From an uncultured delta proteobacterium (GTDB taxonomy: Bacteria > Desulfobacterota > RBG-13-43-22): a DNA stretch of 64,000 nucleotides. The translations under genes and the position numbers were made by a program. The stretch covers positions 1-64,000 of the forward strand of contig CAWJJC010000002.1 in NCBI GenBank assembly GCA_963843145.1, given 5' to 3'. The notes under the pieces are model-generated. The model was not told the DNA's origin. It saw nothing but the letters and a program-made list of their open reading frames with translations, and made no database searches. Below, one piece after another: positions 10,615 through 20,638 of the stretch. Positions within the stretch are counted from its first letter, which is position 1; every line of letters starts with the position of its first letter.

Positions 10615-13035
10615 ATGAAAGTCACCATTAACTGGTTAAACGAATATGTGGATCTGAGCGGCCTTTCCGCTGCCGAAATCGCCGAGGCTTTGACCATGGC
10701 GGGGCTGGAAGTGGAAGTCGTCCAACCTTTGGGACGAGAGTTGGAGTCCATCGTGGCGGGTCGGGTCCTGGCCGTGGAAAAACACCCGGAGGCGGATAAA
10801 CTGGTACTTTGCCAGGTAGACGCCGGCCAGGGACCGGTGACCATCGTTTGCGGGGCCCCCAATGTCCGCGCCGGGATAACGGTCCCGGTGGCTATCCCGG
10901 GGGTCACCACCCCCGGCGGCCAAAAGATCCAGGTCGCCACCATCCGGAAGCGAACGTCATACGGCATGCTCTGTTCCGAGCGCGAATTGGGACTTTCGGA
11001 GGACCACTCCGGAATAATGATTCTGCCCGAAGGGATAGCTCCCGGCCGGCCGCTGAGCCGGATCTTAGGTCTGGAAGACACCCTCCTGGAAGTCAATATT
11101 ACCCCCAATCGGGGGGATTGCCTCAGTCACCTGGGCATTGCCCGGGAACTCGCGGCGATCTATGATCGTCCCCTCCGGCCGCCGGCCGTTTCCCTGGAAC
11201 GGGAGGGGCTGGAGATTCAGGGAAAAACCTCGGTCACCCTTTTGGAACCCGAACATTGCCCCCGGTACGCGGCCCGGCTTATTCTGGGGGTGACGGTCGG
11301 TCCTTCGCCCCGCTGGTTGCGGCAGCGGCTGGAATCCGTGGGACTGCGCAGCATCAGCAATATCGTCGATATCACTAACTTTGTACTGCTCGAAAGCGGT
11401 CAGCCGCTGCATGCCTTCGATTATGACCTTCTGGCGGAAAACCGCATTGTAGTGCGGACGGCACAGATTAACGAGCCTTTTACCACCTTAGACGGTGTCC
11501 CCCGAATCCTTTCTTCCGACATGCTGGTAATTGCCGACGGACAAAAAGCGGTGGCCCTGGCCGGTATCATGGGAGGGTTGGATTCGGAAATCACGAACGA
11601 AACGCGGAATGTCCTGCTGGAAAGTGCTTTTTTCAACCCGGTTTCCATTCGACGAACCGCTAAAAAATTGGGTTTGTCCACCGAGGCCTCGGTTCGTTTT
11701 GAACGGGGCGTGGACATCGAGGGGGTCCTTTCGGCTGCCGACCGGGCGGCCCAATTGATGGGGGAATTAGGCGGCGGCGCGATAGTTCCCGGAGTGGTGG
11801 ACCAATATCCCCGGCCCGCGTCCAGCCCGCCCATCACCCTGGATGTGGATCAGGCCGGACGGTTTCTGGGGATAGAAATCACTACGGAGCAGGCCCTGGA
11901 TATCGGACGCCGCCTGGGATTGCCCATGGTCCGGAAAGAGCGGGACCGGATCGAAGTGCGGCCTCCCGCCTTTCGGCCGGACTTGAGCCGTCCGGTGGAC
12001 CTGATGGAAGAGCTGGCCCGACTGATCGGTTACGATCGAATTCCCATCACCTACCCCCGGGGTGCCTCCACCGCCGCCAAAGAACCGCCGACCCTTTCCT
12101 TGCGGCGCCGGATCGAGGAAATTCTGACCGGCCTGGGGTTCGACCAGATTATCACCTACAGTTTCATCGCTGAAAAATGGGCGGCTTTCTTTTCCCCCTC
12201 GGCCGCCGCCCCGGGAAACCCTTATCTATCCCTCAGCAACCCCCTGTCGGAAGACCAGGCGGTCATGCGAACCTCCCTGTTGCCCGGCTTACTGTCCACC
12301 CTGAAAAGAAACCTGGACCAGCGCAACCTCAACTTGCGGATTTTTGAGGTGGGCAAAGTTTTCTATCCCGCTGCGGAATCCGAACAACTCCCGCGGGAAA
12401 ATACCCGTCTGGGGGTATTATGGGCCGGAAAGCGGTACCCGGAATCGTTTCATCGAAAAGGGGACTTGGCGGATTTTTACGATCTCAAGGGAGTAGTCGA
12501 AGGGTTGCTGGAAACGCTTCAGGTCCAGGGCGCGACCCTGGTCCCGGTCCAAAATCGGCCCGGGTATCGGCCGGAACAAGCGGTCCGGATCGTTTCACCT
12601 GCCGGACTACTGGGGGAAATGGGGGAGATCGTTCCGGCGGTCCGGGACCTTTTTGGATTCCGGGAAGGTGCCTATGTGCTGGATCTGGACCTGGATCAAT
12701 GCGCTCGGGTCATTCAAGAAACGCCGACCTTTAAACCCTGGCCCCGCTACCCGGAAATAGCCCGAGACATTGCCCTGATTCTGGATGAGTCGGTCACCTG
12801 GAAGGCCATTCAGGATGAAATCCATTCGTTGAACCAACCATTGATTGAAGCCCTTGAACTGTTCGATCTGTATCGGGGAAAACCCATTCCGGCGGGAAAA
12901 AAGAACCTGGGCATCCGTCTCCACTACCGTTCCGCGGAGCAGACCCTGACGGATGAATTAGTTTCCCCCTTGCACCAGCAGGTAGTGGAGCATATAATAA
13001 ATAAATTCCAGGCCTCCCTGCCGGGAACGAAGTAA
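10615..13035 (+). CDS. pheT: Phenylalanine--tRNA ligase beta subunit
   Basis: MKVTINWL, HPEADKL, CGAPN, TPNRGDCLS, GQPLHAFD and the C-terminal FDX-ACB domain. Confidence 0.97.
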   Translation: MKVTINWLNEYVDLSGLSAAEIAEALTMAGLEVEVVQPLGRELESIVAGRVLAVEKHPEADKLVLCQVDAGQGPVTIVCGAPNVRAGITVPVAIPGVTTPGGQKIQVATIRKRTSYGMLCSERELGLSEDHSGIMILPEGIAPGRPLSRILGLEDTLLEVNITPNRGDCLSHLGIARELAAIYDRPLRPPAVSLEREGLEIQGKTSVTLLEPEHCPRYAARLILGVTVGPSPRWLRQRLESVGLRSISNIVDITNFVLLESGQPLHAFDYDLLAENRIVVRTAQINEPFTTLDGVPRILSSDMLVIADGQKAVALAGIMGGLDSEITNETRNVLLESAFFNPVSIRRTAKKLGLSTEASVRFERGVDIEGVLSAADRAAQLMGELGGGAIVPGVVDQYPRPASSPPITLDVDQAGRFLGIEITTEQALDIGRRLGLPMVRKERDRIEVRPPAFRPDLSRPVDLMEELARLIGYDRIPITYPRGASTAAKEPPTLSLRRRIEEILTGLGFDQIITYSFIAEKWAAFFSPSAAAPGNPYLSLSNPLSEDQAVMRTSLLPGLLSTLKRNLDQRNLNLRIFEVGKVFYPAAESEQLPRENTRLGVLWAGKRYPESFHRKGDLADFYDLKGVVEGLLETLQVQGATLVPVQNRPGYRPEQAVRIVSPAGLLGEMGEIVPAVRDLFGFREGAYVLDLDLDQCARVIQETPTFKPWPRYPEIARDIALILDESVTWKAIQDEIHSLNQPLIEALELFDLYRGKPIPAGKKNLGIRLHYRSAEQTLTDELVSPLHQQVVEHIINKFQASLPGTK

Positions 13036-13040
13036 AGACG

Positions 13041-13172
13041 TTTATTGGGTTTGTTTCGTTGTTTTCGTTTGTTTAGTTGATTTTCCTGGATAAGTTTACC
13101 TGATGTGGACTATTATTATGCCGGTTACCGGCAAGGGGTTTTGATATTTTCACGAAATAAACGAGACCAATC
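13041..13172. repeat. 9-nt-unit imperfect inverted repeat
   Basis: tttattggg tttgtttcg ttgttttcg tttgtttag (13041-13076) versus cacgaaata aacgagacc aatc (13151-13172). Confidence 0.55.
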
Positions 13173-13174
13173 CT

Positions 13175-13549
13175 ATGGACTCCGTGATCATTCCCAATAA
13201 GCAGTATTTTAAGATCGGTGAGGTCAGCTCCCTGACCCAGCTTGAGACCTATGTCCTCCGGTATTGGGAAACGGAATTCAAGAGCATCCGGCCGGTGCGC
13301 ATGGGTTCCAACCAGCGGCTCTACCGCCGCAAGGATGTGGAGACCATCCTGGAAATCAAGAAACTCCTTTACCAGGAGGGGTTCACCATTGCCGGGGCCA
13401 AGAAAAAGATAGTCCAGAACCATAAAGCGGAAAAGGAAACCCCGCTCGTCAAAGAAGAACCGCCGGTTCCCTCATCCGAGCCACTGAGAAACCTGCTCCG
13501 AGAGGTCCGGAAAGAGCTGACGGAAATCCGGCAGGTCCTCTCCCGATAA
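13175..13549 (+). CDS. MerR family transcriptional regulator
   Basis: IPNKQYFKIGEVS...YVLRYWETEF...QRLY...GFTIAGAK, the pheT/ihfA-linked MerR type. Confidence 0.92.
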   Translation: MDSVIIPNKQYFKIGEVSSLTQLETYVLRYWETEFKSIRPVRMGSNQRLYRRKDVETILEIKKLLYQEGFTIAGAKKKIVQNHKAEKETPLVKEEPPVPSSEPLRNLLREVRKELTEIRQVLSR

Positions 13550-13601
13550 ATTTTTTCAGGGAACTCCCGATCTCCACCGGGGAGTTCCCTGAAAAAATTT
13601 A
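13547..13601. terminator. Perfect 22-bp inverted repeat, possible terminator
   Basis: taaattttttcagggaactccc / gggagttccctgaaaaaattta. Confidence 0.55.
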
Positions 13602-13623
13602 TATTTCGCGCAAAAATCTCCTA

Positions 13624-15324
13624 ATGAATGCTACCCCTCCGCCTGTCGATCCTTCCTCCGCTACCCCGCTAGCCAAATTAAAAATCCAGATGCAGGCTTT
13701 CCCCCACCAGCCGGGCGTCTATCTCATGCGAGATCGATCCGAACGAGTGCTTTACGTGGGGAAGGCTAAAGATCTCAGGAAAAGAGTACTATCCTACTTG
13801 AAGGCCTCGGGGATCAAGACCATAAAGCTGCTGGACCGGGCGGAGACGATTGAATGCATTCTGACGGATAATGAAAAAGAAGCCCTGATTCTGGAAAGCA
13901 ACCTGATCAAGAAGTACCGGCCCCGGTATAACGTGGATCTCCGGGATGACAAACGCTACCCCTGCCTGCGTTTGGACCCTCAAGAAACCTTTCCTCGGCT
14001 CCAGGTGGTGCGTAAAATCCGGAACGACGGGGCCGTCTATTTAGGGCCTTTTTCCGCCGCGGGGAAGATGCGCGCCACACTTTTTATGATCCAGCAGGTC
14101 TTCCCGCTCCGCCAATGCCGGCAGAAGGAGCTGCCCCGCCGCTCCCGGCCTTGCCTCTATTACCAGACCGGACGGTGCCCCGGCCCTTGCCGGGATAAGA
14201 TTTCAAGCGAAGAATATGGCCGTCGGGTGGATGGTATTATCCAGTTCTTCCAGGGCCATAATTCGAACCTGACCCGGGATTTAAAACAACGCATGAAGGA
14301 GGCCGCGGACGCCTTTCGGTTTGAAGAGGCGGCTATCCTGCGGGATCAAATCCGAGCTATTTCAGAGACCTTGAAGGAACAGCATGTGGTTTCCTCGCGC
14401 CTGGAACAGGCGGATGTGCTGGCCTTGGTCGAGTCCGCCGAGGCGATCGCCGCCGTTGTCCTGTTCATTCGTTTTGGGTCGGTGGCCGGGATGGCCCGTT
14501 TTCTGTTCCGGGACCCTTCCCAACCGCTGGAGGAGGTTTTGGCCGATCTGATTACCCAGTATTACCGGAAGGATCGTTACCTGCCCCCCAGGATTTTTGT
14601 CCCCTTTCCTTTTGAAGACCGGTTGCTGCTGGAAGAAATCCTTTCCGAACAAAAAGGGGAGCAAGTGAGGCTGGTGGTCCCCCGGCGCGGTGAGGCTCGG
14701 CATTGGCTGGAGATGGCCGAAGAGAACGCCCGCGGCGCCCTCAAAGGAAAAGAGGCCGACCGGAATTTTCAGGAGACCATTGCCGCTCCGCTTCAGGAAA
14801 GGCTGGAGCTAAAAAAACACCCGGCTTGGGTGGGAGCCCTGGATATTTCCAATCTCCAGGGCCGTCAGGCTGTGGGCTCCTGGGTGGTTTTTCACCAGGG
14901 GCTGCCGGAAAAATCCAGATATCGCCGGTTTCGAATCCGGACGGTGGATCAGCCCAATGACTATGCCATGATGGCCGAGGTGATCGGCCGTCTGATCCGG
15001 CATCCCGAGGAAATCCCCGACCTGATACTCATCGATGGCGGGAAAGGGCAGTTAAATATTTTAAAGGAAATTTTTGACCCTCTGCCGGAAAAACAGCGGC
15101 CGGACCTGGCGGCGATCGCCAAAAAAACCTTTCTCGCTTCGGGGGGCAAAGACGGGATTTATCTGCCTGGACGCAAGAACCCGGTGAATCTGCGGTCCGA
15201 TTCCCCGGTGCTTCATTTTCTACAGCGGGTCCGGGATGAGGCCCACCGGTTCGCCCTGAGCTACCACCACTTGCTGCGGAAAAAGGAGATCCTGAAACCT
15301 AACGAAGCAGGGGAGAGGGTTTAG
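13624..15324 (+). CDS. uvrC: Excinuclease ABC subunit C, lacking C-terminal (HhH)2 domain
   Basis: GIY-YIG (PGVYLM..LYVGKA), Cys cluster, UVR domain and EndoV-like domain (DISN, DGGKGQ, RDEAHRFA). Ends shortly afterwards. Confidence 0.93.
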   Translation: MNATPPPVDPSSATPLAKLKIQMQAFPHQPGVYLMRDRSERVLYVGKAKDLRKRVLSYLKASGIKTIKLLDRAETIECILTDNEKEALILESNLIKKYRPRYNVDLRDDKRYPCLRLDPQETFPRLQVVRKIRNDGAVYLGPFSAAGKMRATLFMIQQVFPLRQCRQKELPRRSRPCLYYQTGRCPGPCRDKISSEEYGRRVDGIIQFFQGHNSNLTRDLKQRMKEAADAFRFEEAAILRDQIRAISETLKEQHVVSSRLEQADVLALVESAEAIAAVVLFIRFGSVAGMARFLFRDPSQPLEEVLADLITQYYRKDRYLPPRIFVPFPFEDRLLLEEILSEQKGEQVRLVVPRRGEARHWLEMAEENARGALKGKEADRNFQETIAAPLQERLELKKHPAWVGALDISNLQGRQAVGSWVVFHQGLPEKSRYRRFRIRTVDQPNDYAMMAEVIGRLIRHPEEIPDLILIDGGKGQLNILKEIFDPLPEKQRPDLAAIAKKTFLASGGKDGIYLPGRKNPVNLRSDSPVLHFLQRVRDEAHRFALSYHHLLRKKEILKPNEAGERV

Positions 15325-15495
15325 GGGGTAGGGTGTAGTCTGAAATACGAAGGGGCCGACGGAGCGAAGAGAGAATGATAAAGGGATGTTTTCCTGTCTA
15401 ACTGATTATTTTTACTTGATACCGGATATCGGGCCCCTGATGTTTCCTGTATTTGTCGTTCCCCCTACACCCTACACCCTACACGCTACACCCTC
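15310..15495. repeat. Heptamer-unit (CTACACC) inverted repeat
   Basis: ggtttag ggggtag ggtgtag versus ctacacc ctacacc ctacacg ctacacc. Confidence 0.8.
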
Positions 15496-15516
15496 TTTTC
15501 CCGCCCTGCTTTTTGA

Positions 15517-15545
15517 TTGCAAATTCACCCGCACCTTATTATGAT
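15517..15545 (+). promoter_or_regulatory. Candidate sigma70 promoter for tatB
   Basis: TTGCAA-17 nt-TATGAT. Confidence 0.45.
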
Positions 15546-15590
15546 ATTTTGTTCTTTTATTGATTCTATTTAACTAGGCGGAGGCAGCGC

Positions 15591-16127
15591 ATGTTTGGCA
15601 TCGGCATGCCGGAATTTCTTCTCATTCTGGTGGTCGCCCTGGTGGTCTTGGGTCCCAAGAGACTCCCGGAACTGGCCCGTTCTTTAGGCCGAGGGCTGGC
15701 GGAATTGAAGAAAACCACCGGAGACCTGAAGCAGAATATCGATCTGGGGGAAGACCTGAATAAAGTCCAGCAAGACCTTCAGGAAGTCAAGAGTCACCTC
15801 TCAGGAGTCATCCAGACGAATTTTCTGGATGACCCGATTCCGAAATACCTGGGGGATAGCGAACCCCCATCCGAAGAGGAACCCGAACCGACTGCCGATG
15901 CCTTTTCAGGGGGTCCGGTGGCGGCGGCGTCCTCCGCGACCACGGAACACGGACCGCTGGTCACCAGCGAGGCGGAGGATATCCGCCGGGAACTGGAAGA
16001 AATGGCCGATCGAACCTACCGGGAAGACCACCCCTATTCCGGGGAATCCTTACTTGTAATAATGACTGACGGACTCGCCAGAAGTCTGTCAGCAGCCCGA
16101 GCGCGATTTAGCGCCGGGCTGGGGTGA
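15591..16127 (+). CDS. tatB: Twin-arginine translocase TatB (TatA/B family)
   Basis: MFGIGMPEFLLILVVALVVLGPKRLPELARSLG, upstream of tatC. The last ~20 codons lie inside an inserted element. Confidence 0.85.
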   Translation: MFGIGMPEFLLILVVALVVLGPKRLPELARSLGRGLAELKKTTGDLKQNIDLGEDLNKVQQDLQEVKSHLSGVIQTNFLDDPIPKYLGDSEPPSEEEPEPTADAFSGGPVAAASSATTEHGPLVTSEAEDIRRELEEMADRTYREDHPYSGESLLVIMTDGLARSLSAARARFSAGLG

Positions 16128-16222
16128 GGGTGGGACCATTTGAATTCACTTCAAATGGCGGGGGAGGGGAAGCCCTCCCCCGCCGAGAGAAAGACGTCTT
16201 TGGACTTTCTGCGAGGTTATAA
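16067..16222. mobile_element. Miniature inverted-repeat element, 156 bp
   Basis: Ends tgacggactcgccagaagtc...gactttctgcgaggttataa, flanked by tgac/tgac. Internal part shared with 27920-28030. Confidence 0.65.
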
Positions 16223-16977
16223 TGACTGACAAGAATGAAAAATCCATGCCCTTCATGTCTCACCTGGGGGAGCTGCGTAATCGGCTGATCGTCTCCTTTG
16301 TGGCCGTGGGTATTGGGTTTGCCGTGGCCTACGCTTTTTCCAGCGAACTCTTCGAGTGGCTGGTCCGCCCTATGGTCAAAGTCCTCCCGCCCGGGGACAA
16401 GCTGGTCTTTACGGCACTGCCCGAGGCCTTTTTTATCTACCTGAAAGTGAGCCTCATCGCCGGGATCGTCCTGGCTTCACCGGTGATATTTTTCGAACTC
16501 TGGATGTTCGTGGCCCCGGGCCTCCATCAGAAGGAAAAACGGTTTGTCTTGCCCTTCGTCCTCATCTCCTCCGGGCTTTTCGCCGGGGGAGCGCTATTCG
16601 GTTATTACGTGGTCTTTCCGGTGGGCTTCAAGTTTCTGATCGGCTTCGCCACGGAAAATATCAAGGCCCTGCCTTCCATCCAACTATACCTCAATTTCTG
16701 CCTCAAGCTGCTCCTGGGTTTTGGTCTGGTTTTCGAGTTCCCGGTACTGGCTTACTTTTTAGCCAAGGCCGGAATCCTCAATGCCAAAATGATGGCCAAC
16801 AACCGCCGGGTGGCCATCCTGCTGATTTTCGTGGTGGCCGCCGTCGTCACCCCCCCCGATGTGGTCTCCCAGATCCTCTTGTCCATCCCCCTCTACGGGC
16901 TCTATGAAGTCAGTATCCTGGTCGTCCGCTTGATCGATCGGAAAAGGGAGAAAGCATTGAAGAAACAGGGCGGATAG
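16222..16977 (+). CDS. tatC: Twin-arginine translocase TatC
   Basis: HLGELRNRL, FVAPGL, FEFP and TPPD; six TM helices. Confidence 0.97.
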   Translation: MTDKNEKSMPFMSHLGELRNRLIVSFVAVGIGFAVAYAFSSELFEWLVRPMVKVLPPGDKLVFTALPEAFFIYLKVSLIAGIVLASPVIFFELWMFVAPGLHQKEKRFVLPFVLISSGLFAGGALFGYYVVFPVGFKFLIGFATENIKALPSIQLYLNFCLKLLLGFGLVFEFPVLAYFLAKAGILNAKMMANNRRVAILLIFVVAAVVTPPDVVSQILLSIPLYGLYEVSILVVRLIDRKREKALKKQGG

Positions 16978-17130
16978 ATTGCTTTTTCGCCCCTTCCCTA
17001 TTTGGCATACCATCCTAATCGATCCCGTTCTTGAAGAACCTTCAGGATTCCATGATGATTTCCCGTTGCGATTGATTAAGTAAAATGGTAAAATTATTTT
17101 ACTGTAAAAACAGGTTCGCAGGAGCTCGTT

Positions 17131-17406
17131 ATGAAGATCAGCAGCAAAAGGCAGATTTCGATTCCCAAAACGATTATGGAGGTCCTGGATCTCAAAGCGG
17201 GAGATGAGGTGGAATTCGAGGTTAAAAACAGAAAAGTCCATCTGGTCCCTGTAAAAACGGTTAAGGTCCCCCGGGATCAAGCCTGGTTCTGGACGGAGGA
17301 ATGGCAGGAGAAGGAGAAAGAAGCCGACCAAGACCTTAAGGCAGGGAGGTTCAGGAAATTCAATAGTCTGGATGATCTGCTGAGCGACCTGCATGGCAAG
17401 CATTAG
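17131..17406 (+). CDS. AbrB/MazE-type antitoxin
   Basis: KISSKRQISIPK...LKAGDEVEF and DQAWFWTEEWQ; overlaps toxin start. Confidence 0.85.
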   Translation: MKISSKRQISIPKTIMEVLDLKAGDEVEFEVKNRKVHLVPVKTVKVPRDQAWFWTEEWQEKEKEADQDLKAGRFRKFNSLDDLLSDLHGKH

Positions 17407-17662
17407 ACGGCTCCAATCTTTCCTCAGGGATTACGACCGCCTGCCCCTGGAAATGCAAGTCCGGGTAGACAAACAATTAAGACTTCTGCTCGGAAACTCA
17501 TCTCATCCTTCATTGAGACTAAAAAAACTTAAAGGAACTGACAAATATGAAATCCGTATCAGTCGCGGCTACCGTCTGACTTTCCGTTTTTATGATCAGA
17601 TTCTCGAACTCCGCCGGGTTGGAACCCATGACCTTTTGAAGAAGGAAGGTGGCCTGCAATAG
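17393..17662 (+). CDS. RelE/ParE family toxin
   Basis: HPSLRLKKLKG..YEIRISRGYRLTF...RVGTHD. Confidence 0.85.
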   Translation: MASIRRLQSFLRDYDRLPLEMQVRVDKQLRLLLGNSSHPSLRLKKLKGTDKYEIRISRGYRLTFRFYDQILELRRVGTHDLLKKEGGLQ

Positions 17663-17698
17663 AGAAAAAATGATATTTTTGGATGGGGGTTTTTTATT

Positions 17699-17941
17699 CT
17701 GTCTGTAGAGAAAACAGTAAAAATTTCTTCCAAAGGGCAGATCACTCTTCCCAGGCAGTTTCGGGAGATGTTACAGAGCGATATCGTGCGGATCGTTGCC
17801 GATCAGGGGTTGATCAAGATCGAACCGGTGAGAGACGCCGCCGGGAGCCTGCGCCGCTATGCCGGGCGATATGTTCCTTTGAAAAAAATTAAGGGAAAAG
17901 TCTGGGAGGAAGCCCTGGATGAAAAATACCTACGTAGTTGA
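17699..17941 (+). pseudogene. Second AbrB/MazE-type antitoxin with CTG in place of start codon (not in ORF track)
   Basis: Open frame LSVEKTVKISSKGQITLPRQFREML...IKIEPV...WEEALDEKYLRS-stop, overlapping a PIN start. Confidence 0.7.
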
Positions 17942-17963
17942 TGCCAACGTCATCCTTCGCTAT
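17919..17963 (+). pseudogene. VapC/PIN toxin N-terminal stub
   Basis: MKNTYVVDANVILRY, then similarity ends. Confidence 0.65.
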
Positions 17964-17997
17964 AAGGAGAATGATCTGTCAAAATTGGATTCGGTTT

Positions 17998-18099
17998 CTA
18001 TGGAAAGGTTGCGAATCCTTCCTCCCGGGCCGCCTGGGCTAACCTCTGTTCCAAAAAATACCTTTTCACCAGGGCGCTCGTATCCAGGTAGAGGATCAT
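17998..18099 (-). pseudogene. Internally deleted VapC/PIN toxin
   Basis: MILYLDTSALVKRYFLE fused directly to QRLAQAAREEGFATFP-stop, i.e. N- and C-terminal PIN motifs only. Confidence 0.7.
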
Positions 18100-18375
18100 C
18101 GGCGATCCTCAATGACCATTTCAGAAACCGGTTTTCCAGGGACCGCCAGAGGGTTTAGTCCGTGCCTGATCAGATCCCGGGTCGGAAGGGAAATCAACCC
18201 TCGACTGATCAGGGGTTCGATGGCGGTGCGGATAGATTGCTTCCTCGCACCCTTCCTTGATAATCCGGGCCACCGCTTTGCCATGTTCGGTGATTACCAC
18301 GTCTTCACCCGCTTTTACTAGGGCAAGATAGCGGCTTAAATTGTTTTTGGTATCTTTGATTCCGGCTGTGATCAT
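18096..18375 (-). CDS. Phd/YefM antitoxin (one frameshift)
   Basis: MITAGIKDTKNNLSRYLALVKAGEDVVITEHGKAVARI; continues in another frame to VSEMVIEDRR-stop, overlapping vapC (ATGA). Confidence 0.8.
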
Positions 18376-18414
18376 TGGGGGCGCTCCTTATCATGGAAGG
18401 GCTACTTTTGTTTA

Positions 18415-18443
18415 ATTGTAGCTACTTTGAAGGTGGGTGTCAA
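18415..18443 (-). promoter_or_regulatory. Sigma70 promoter of the phd module with operator-like repeats
   Basis: Minus strand TTGACA-17 nt-TACAAT, with palindrome gtagctac and repeated aaagtagc. Confidence 0.6.
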
Positions 18444-18460
18444 GGAATAAAGAGTACTAA

Positions 18461-18521
18461 ATCAGTCGCGGCTACCGCCTGATTTTCCGTTTTTATGATC
18501 GGATTCTCGAACTCCGCCGGG
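18461..18521 (+). repeat. 61-bp direct repeat of the relE 3' region (17558-17618)
   Basis: atcagtcgcggctaccg...ctccgccggg, 3 mismatches. Confidence 0.9.
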
Positions 18522-18572
18522 GGCGTTGGAACACCCGGGCAAGGACCGTGAATTCTTCGGTAAGGGGAATCG

Positions 18573-18622
18573 AGCGACAAAAAAAGACGGCCCGGATATC
18601 CGGGCCGTCTTTTTTTGTCGCT
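18573..18622. terminator. Bidirectional rho-independent terminator after dnaK
   Basis: A7-gacggcccgga ta tccgggccgtc-T7. Confidence 0.85.
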
Positions 18623-18638
18623 ATATGAAAGGTTAGAC

Positions 18639-20564
18639 CTACTTCACTTCTTCGAAATCCGCGTCCACCACGTCGTCGTCGGGTTTGCGGGTTCCGCCGC
18701 CCGGGCCGGCCTGGGCCCCGGGATCCGGGCCGGGTCCGCCGGGACCGGCGCCCTGCTGGGAGGCCTGGGAGTACATCTTCTCGGCCAGTTTGTGGGAGCT
18801 GGTGGTCAGCTCCTCGGTGAGCCGCTTGATCTCGGCGGCGTCCGTGGTCTCCATGGCCTTTTTCAGTCGCTCGATGGCTCCCTCGATGTCGGACTTCAAC
18901 TCGCTTTCCACTTTCTCTCCCAGTTCCTTCACCGTTTTTTCCGTAGAATAGATCAGGGTGTCGGCCTGGTTGCGGGATTCGGCCAGCTCCTTCTTCTTCT
19001 TGTCCTCCTCGGCATGCATCTCGGCATCCTTGACCAACTGCTGGATTTCCTTTTCGCTCAAGCCGCTGGAGGCGGTGATCTTGATGGACTGTTCCTTGCC
19101 GGTCCCTAAATCCTTGGCTGATACGTGGACGATCCCGTTGGCATCGATGTCAAAGGTCACTTCGATCTGAGGCAGACCCCGGGGAGCCGGCGGGATACCG
19201 GTCAGCTCGAAACGGCCCAGGGTCTTGTTGTCCTGGGCCATCTCCCGCTCGCCCTGAAGCACGTGGATGGATACCGCGGGCTGGCTGTCGGCCGCCGTGG
19301 AAAAGATCTGGCTCTTCCGGGTGGGGATGGTGGTGTTCTTTTCGATCAGCCGGGTGGCTACCCCGCCCAGGGTCTCGATGCCCAGGGAAAGAGGAGTCAC
19401 GTCCAACAAGAGCACGTCTTTTACTTCTCCCTTAAGCACGCCGCCCTGGATACCGGCTCCAATGGCCACCACTTCATCGGGGTTGACCCCTTTATGAGGT
19501 TCGCGGCCGAAGATCTCCTTCACTTTGGCCTGAACCTTGGGCATCCGGGTCATGCCGCCGACCAGGACCACTTCATGAATTTCCGAGGCCGATAAACCGG
19601 CGTCCTTAAGCGCTGTTCGGCAAGGGCCCTCCACTTTATTGATCAGGTCTTCAACCAGCATCTCCAATTTGGCCCGGGAGAGTTTCAAGTTCAGGTGCTT
19701 GGGGCCGCTGGCGTCGGCGGTGATGAAGGGCAGGTTGATGTCGGTCTCCATGGAGGTGGAGAGTTCCATCTTGGCCTTTTCCGCCGCCTCTTTGAGGCGC
19801 TGCAGGGCCATCTTGTCGCTGCGCAGATCGATACCCTGGTCCTTACGGAACTCGGCGGCCAGATAATCGATCACCCGCAGGTCAAAATCCTCGCCGCCCA
19901 GGTGGGTGTCTCCGTTGGTGGACTTGACCTCGAAAACGCCTTCCCCGATTTCCAAAATGGAGATATCAAAGGTCCCGCCGCCCAGGTCAAAGACGGCGAT
20001 TTTTTCATCTTTCTTTTTGTCCAGGCCGTAGGCCAAAGCGGCCGCCGTAGGTTCGTTGATGATCCGGAGCACATTCAAACCGGAAATCCGGCCGGCATCC
20101 TTGGTGGCCTGGCGCTGGCTGTCGTTAAAGTAGGCCGGGACGGTGACCACGGCGTCGGTCACTTTTTCGCCCAAGTATTCCTCCGCGGTCTGTTTCATCT
20201 TGACCAGGATCATGGAAGAGATTTCCGCCGGCGAGTATTCCTTCCCGCGGATTTCAATGTGCGCGTCCCCATTGGAGGCCTTGATAATTTTATAGGGCAG
20301 GATAGGAATATCATTCTGGACTTCCGGGGAATCAAATTTTCTTCCGATCAGCCGTTTGACGGCATAGACCGTGTTGGTTGGGTTGGTGATCGCCTGGCGT
20401 TTGGCCACCTGGCCCACTAAACGCTCGTTGTTTTCCGTTACCGATACCACCGAGGGCGTTGTCCGGCTCCCTTCCACATTGGCGATCACTTTCGGCTCGC
20501 CGCCTTCCATGATGGCCACGCAGGAATTGGTAGTACCTAAATCAATTCCGATTACTTTACTCAT
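18639..20564 (-). CDS. dnaK: Chaperone DnaK
   Basis: [25 protein letters not shown] and C-terminal DADFEEV. Confidence 0.99.
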   Translation of the reverse strand: MSKVIGIDLGTTNSCVAIMEGGEPKVIANVEGSRTTPSVVSVTENNERLVGQVAKRQAITNPTNTVYAVKRLIGRKFDSPEVQNDIPILPYKIIKASNGDAHIEIRGKEYSPAEISSMILVKMKQTAEEYLGEKVTDAVVTVPAYFNDSQRQATKDAGRISGLNVLRIINEPTAAALAYGLDKKKDEKIAVFDLGGGTFDISILEIGEGVFEVKSTNGDTHLGGEDFDLRVIDYLAAEFRKDQGIDLRSDKMALQRLKEAAEKAKMELSTSMETDINLPFITADASGPKHLNLKLSRAKLEMLVEDLINKVEGPCRTALKDAGLSASEIHEVVLVGGMTRMPKVQAKVKEIFGREPHKGVNPDEVVAIGAGIQGGVLKGEVKDVLLLDVTPLSLGIETLGGVATRLIEKNTTIPTRKSQIFSTAADSQPAVSIHVLQGEREMAQDNKTLGRFELTGIPPAPRGLPQIEVTFDIDANGIVHVSAKDLGTGKEQSIKITASSGLSEKEIQQLVKDAEMHAEEDKKKKELAESRNQADTLIYSTEKTVKELGEKVESELKSDIEGAIERLKKAMETTDAAEIKRLTEELTTSSHKLAEKMYSQASQQGAGPGGPGPDPGAQAGPGGGTRKPDDDVVDADFEEVK

Positions 20565-20638
20565 TTTCTCCTCCTTAAGATTGGTAACTTTCTCTATATT
20601 TATTTAATTCGTTTTTGCCGCGCTATCGAATTCCTGCC

